Virus record (IMG/VR): IMGVR_UViG_3300012953_000133
Location: 1 to 30,427 of that record
Source of the DNA: a virus
Lineage: Duplodnaviria > Caudoviricetes
Reading direction: 5' to 3' (one strand)
DNA length: 30,427 nt
Below are positions 28,844 to 30,427 of the stretch, piece by piece. Within the stretch, counting starts at the first letter, position 1. The number at the start of each line of letters is the position of its first letter. A program made the translations under genes and the position numbers. Below the pieces are notes generated by a model that had not been told where the DNA came from, made no database searches, and saw only the letters and a program-made list of their open reading frames with translations.

Positions 28844-28850
28844 TATTTAT
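28844..28850 (-). promoter_or_regulatory. T4-type late promoter (ATAAATA) heading the baseplate operon
   Basis: GATAAATA overlapping the stop codon of the 59-aa gene, 21 nt before the gp25 ATG. Confidence 0.75.
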
Positions 28851-29026
28851 CCATCTTTTCTAAACTTAGTGCACTCGTCAAGGAATTCCTTCTTTCTCTT
28901 CATCTCAAACAATTCTCTTTCGTCATTCTTCTCAATTTTATCTAACCATGCTTGTGCATCGTACTCTGAGATGAGTTTTTTGCCACTCTTCTTAAAATCT
29001 TCTGATTTATCTACTTTAATTACCAT
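28847..29026 (-). CDS. Small charged hypothetical protein (59 aa), below the ORF-track cutoff
   Basis: MVIKVDKSEDFKKSGKKLISEYDAQAWLDKIEKNDERELFEMKRKKEFLDECTKFRKDG*; strong SD AAGGAG 4 nt upstream; fills the gap exactly and overlaps the upstream gene by 11 nt. Confidence 0.85.
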   Translation of the reverse strand: MVIKVDKSEDFKKSGKKLISEYDAQAWLDKIEKNDERELFEMKRKKEFLDECTKFRKDG

Positions 29027-29675
29027 TGTTCTCCTTTTCTTTAGGTGTTTCCCAGAAATAATCGTCAGTATCTCCTAGTCTACCCCATTCAGTCCCATTC
29101 TCAACTTGATACTCTATGGTAGAAACCTTAAAGTCAGGTGTTTTTGGTTCTTGTGGAGTTATAGAGAGGTCATACAGACGCATCCTGTTATTTGGATATA
29201 GTGCATACTGCCCATTCTCTAATTGAATACAGTTATGAGACTTATGCTCTTGTGGCACTTCACTTACATTATTATCTATCACATTTATATCTGCATGATA
29301 GTTATCAATTGTAAAGATATATTGTCCTTTTATCAACCCGTGGTCTCTTGTTCGTATTTCAGCATCCATAGAAGATATGAAACCTTTATTGATTGCCATC
29401 ACACCATAGTCCATACAATTCCAAAATTGCAGATTCTCTAGACTCATATCGGGCGTCGGTGTTTTCGGTGCTCGGAGAAAAGCGGATATCGGTAACTTAT
29501 CATACAACGCACCATACTCAGGTAGATACGTCTCAAAATAAAATGCCCGACCAGGTAAACTCTTTGCAGCAACCCATACACCTTCTACAAATTCACCATG
29601 ACCACTCTTATGATCAGTTAAGTATTCTTTTCGCACCCATACTTTCTCAGCAGGGAGGTTACAAATTAAATTCAT
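29016..29675 (-). CDS. Conserved hypothetical phage protein (219 aa)
   Basis: ATGA overlap with the upstream oxygenase; globular-looking sequence (VWVRKEYL.DH..GHGEF, LQFWNC, EHKSHN, YPNNR); function not recognised. Confidence 0.85.
   Translation of the reverse strand: MNLICNLPAEKVWVRKEYLTDHKSGHGEFVEGVWVAAKSLPGRAFYFETYLPEYGALYDKLPISAFLRAPKTPTPDMSLENLQFWNCMDYGVMAINKGFISSMDAEIRTRDHGLIKGQYIFTIDNYHADINVIDNNVSEVPQEHKSHNCIQLENGQYALYPNNRMRLYDLSITPQEPKTPDFKVSTIEYQVENGTEWGRLGDTDDYFWETPKEKENNGN
29449..29492. repeat. Degenerate periodic array of (T/G)CGG-N3-TCGG units inside the 219-aa CDS
   Basis: tcgggcgtcggtgttt / tcggtgctcggagaaaa / gcggatatcgg; NCGG starts at 29449, 29456, 29465, 29472, 29482, 29489. 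Confidence 0.6.
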
Positions 29676-30187
29676 GTGCAGTTTGTATTAATAAGAACTC
29701 TATTCTTATGTTTAGATGGTGAATGACCAGTATGTGGTATTTTCCCATCAAACATTAACAATCTGTTTGCCTTTGGTTCTATAGACCTTCCCATTCCCTT
29801 CTCATAAAGAACGGTATCACCATCACTATCATTAACATAGAATATGCAAGTAGTATTAGGTATCTCTAGATCTGTATGAACCTCGTGCCTGTAGTTATTA
29901 GGATTATACAAAGTCATATCAATCCTAGATTTCCAGATAGTTTTTTTACCAGTCTTATCTAGTATAGAGTATAATAGTCCTTTTAGCAATGTGCTTGAAT
30001 AATTTTGTACAAAGTTACCTTGCCGACATATATGCATACCAAAACCAAAAGATTCTAAATCATCACCTTTGTACTTATCGTAAGTAACCGATGGTAGGTA
30101 TGTCCACGGAGCATCGCCTCGGAGAAAGTGGTCCTGTATATCTTTCAAGTATGATTCTGGAATGAAATCATCAAAAACTTCCATCAT
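29672..30187 (-). CDS. 2OG-Fe(II) oxygenase superfamily protein (171 aa)
   Basis: HxD (VHTD), TCIFYVNDSDGDT, PKANRLLMFDG..PHTG (distal His) and RVLIN (2OG-binding Arg). Confidence 0.9.
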   Translation of the reverse strand: MMEVFDDFIPESYLKDIQDHFLRGDAPWTYLPSVTYDKYKGDDLESFGFGMHICRQGNFVQNYSSTLLKGLLYSILDKTGKKTIWKSRIDMTLYNPNNYRHEVHTDLEIPNTTCIFYVNDSDGDTVLYEKGMGRSIEPKANRLLMFDGKIPHTGHSPSKHKNRVLINTNCT

Positions 30188-30426
30188 GTCAATTCGCCCA
30201 TACCTTTTGCTTTAAATTCCATCCAACCTGTAATAATCATCTTTTCGTTCTCATTGTCTACACGACCTTTGTGTGTATACATCCATTCTGCAGGCCATAT
30301 GACTGTCTTACCCTTTTCCGCAGGGATGTAGAGATCTTGGAAGAGGAACTCCGTGCCACCGTTCGGATTATCCGTAAGATACGTCATCCATACAAGGTGT
30401 CTACGCAACGCATGTTTATTGTTCGT
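30184..30426 (-). CDS. 2OG-Fe(II) oxygenase, C-terminal part (5' end outside the window)
   Basis: Frame stays open past the ORF-track TTG to the edge (TNNKHALRRHLVWMTYL); YL.D...GGTEF, G..VIWPA.W.YTHKG...KMIITGW motifs. Confidence 0.9.
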   Translation of the reverse strand, partial: TNNKHALRRHLVWMTYLTDNPNGGTEFLFQDLYIPAEKGKTVIWPAEWMYTHKGRVDNENEKMIITGWMEFKAKGMGELT

Positions 30427-30427
30427 C

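Noticed and set aside
266-29722. Numerous 60-134 aa plus-strand ORFs and two alternative-frame minus ORFs (15175..15456, 17192..17449)
   Set aside because: They lie within or opposite long, well-supported genes, lack recognisable motifs, and are expected shadows of biased codon usage.
30184-30408. ORF-track 74-aa protein starting at TTG 30408
   Set aside because: The frame is open to the window edge and the HxD motif is missing, so this is the truncated end of a longer oxygenase.
1-30427. CRISPR arrays, tRNAs, introns, inteins, homing endonucleases, DGR template/variable repeats, classical intrinsic terminators
   Set aside because: None seen by eye: intergenic gaps are under 60 nt, no long nucleotide-level repeats, no reverse transcriptase or endonuclease motifs, and no hairpin followed by a U-tract.

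Overview
AT-rich segment of a T4-like marine myovirus genome, most likely a cyanomyovirus (Prochlorococcus/Synechococcus phage; inferred from gene order and protein motifs, no database search). All credible genes are on the minus strand. In transcription order (right to left): two 2OG-Fe(II) oxygenases (first truncated), a 219-aa conserved hypothetical, a 59-aa gene missed by the ORF track, then the late baseplate module gp25 - gp6 - giant gp7 (3456 aa) - gp8 - DUF4815/VrlC-like structural protein (2700 aa) - 71-aa protein - 1695-aa fibre-like protein - 166-aa protein - start of another large structural protein (truncated, not in the ORF track). T4-type late promoters ((T/C)TAAATA core) precede several genes. 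Most notable: (i) the 1695-aa protein has a nested A1-A2-A3-A4-[cupredoxin-like, intact His/Cys/His/Met]-B4-B3-B2-B1 layout, suggesting a folded-back stalk with a copper-site domain at the tip, with ligand-less copies elsewhere; (ii) leader hairpins overlap late promoters so that read-through mRNA would have an occluded start region while late mRNA would not; (iii) a periodic TCGG array built from rare codons sits inside a CDS upstream of the baseplate operon; (iv) an 8-codon uORF is coupled to the last structural gene.
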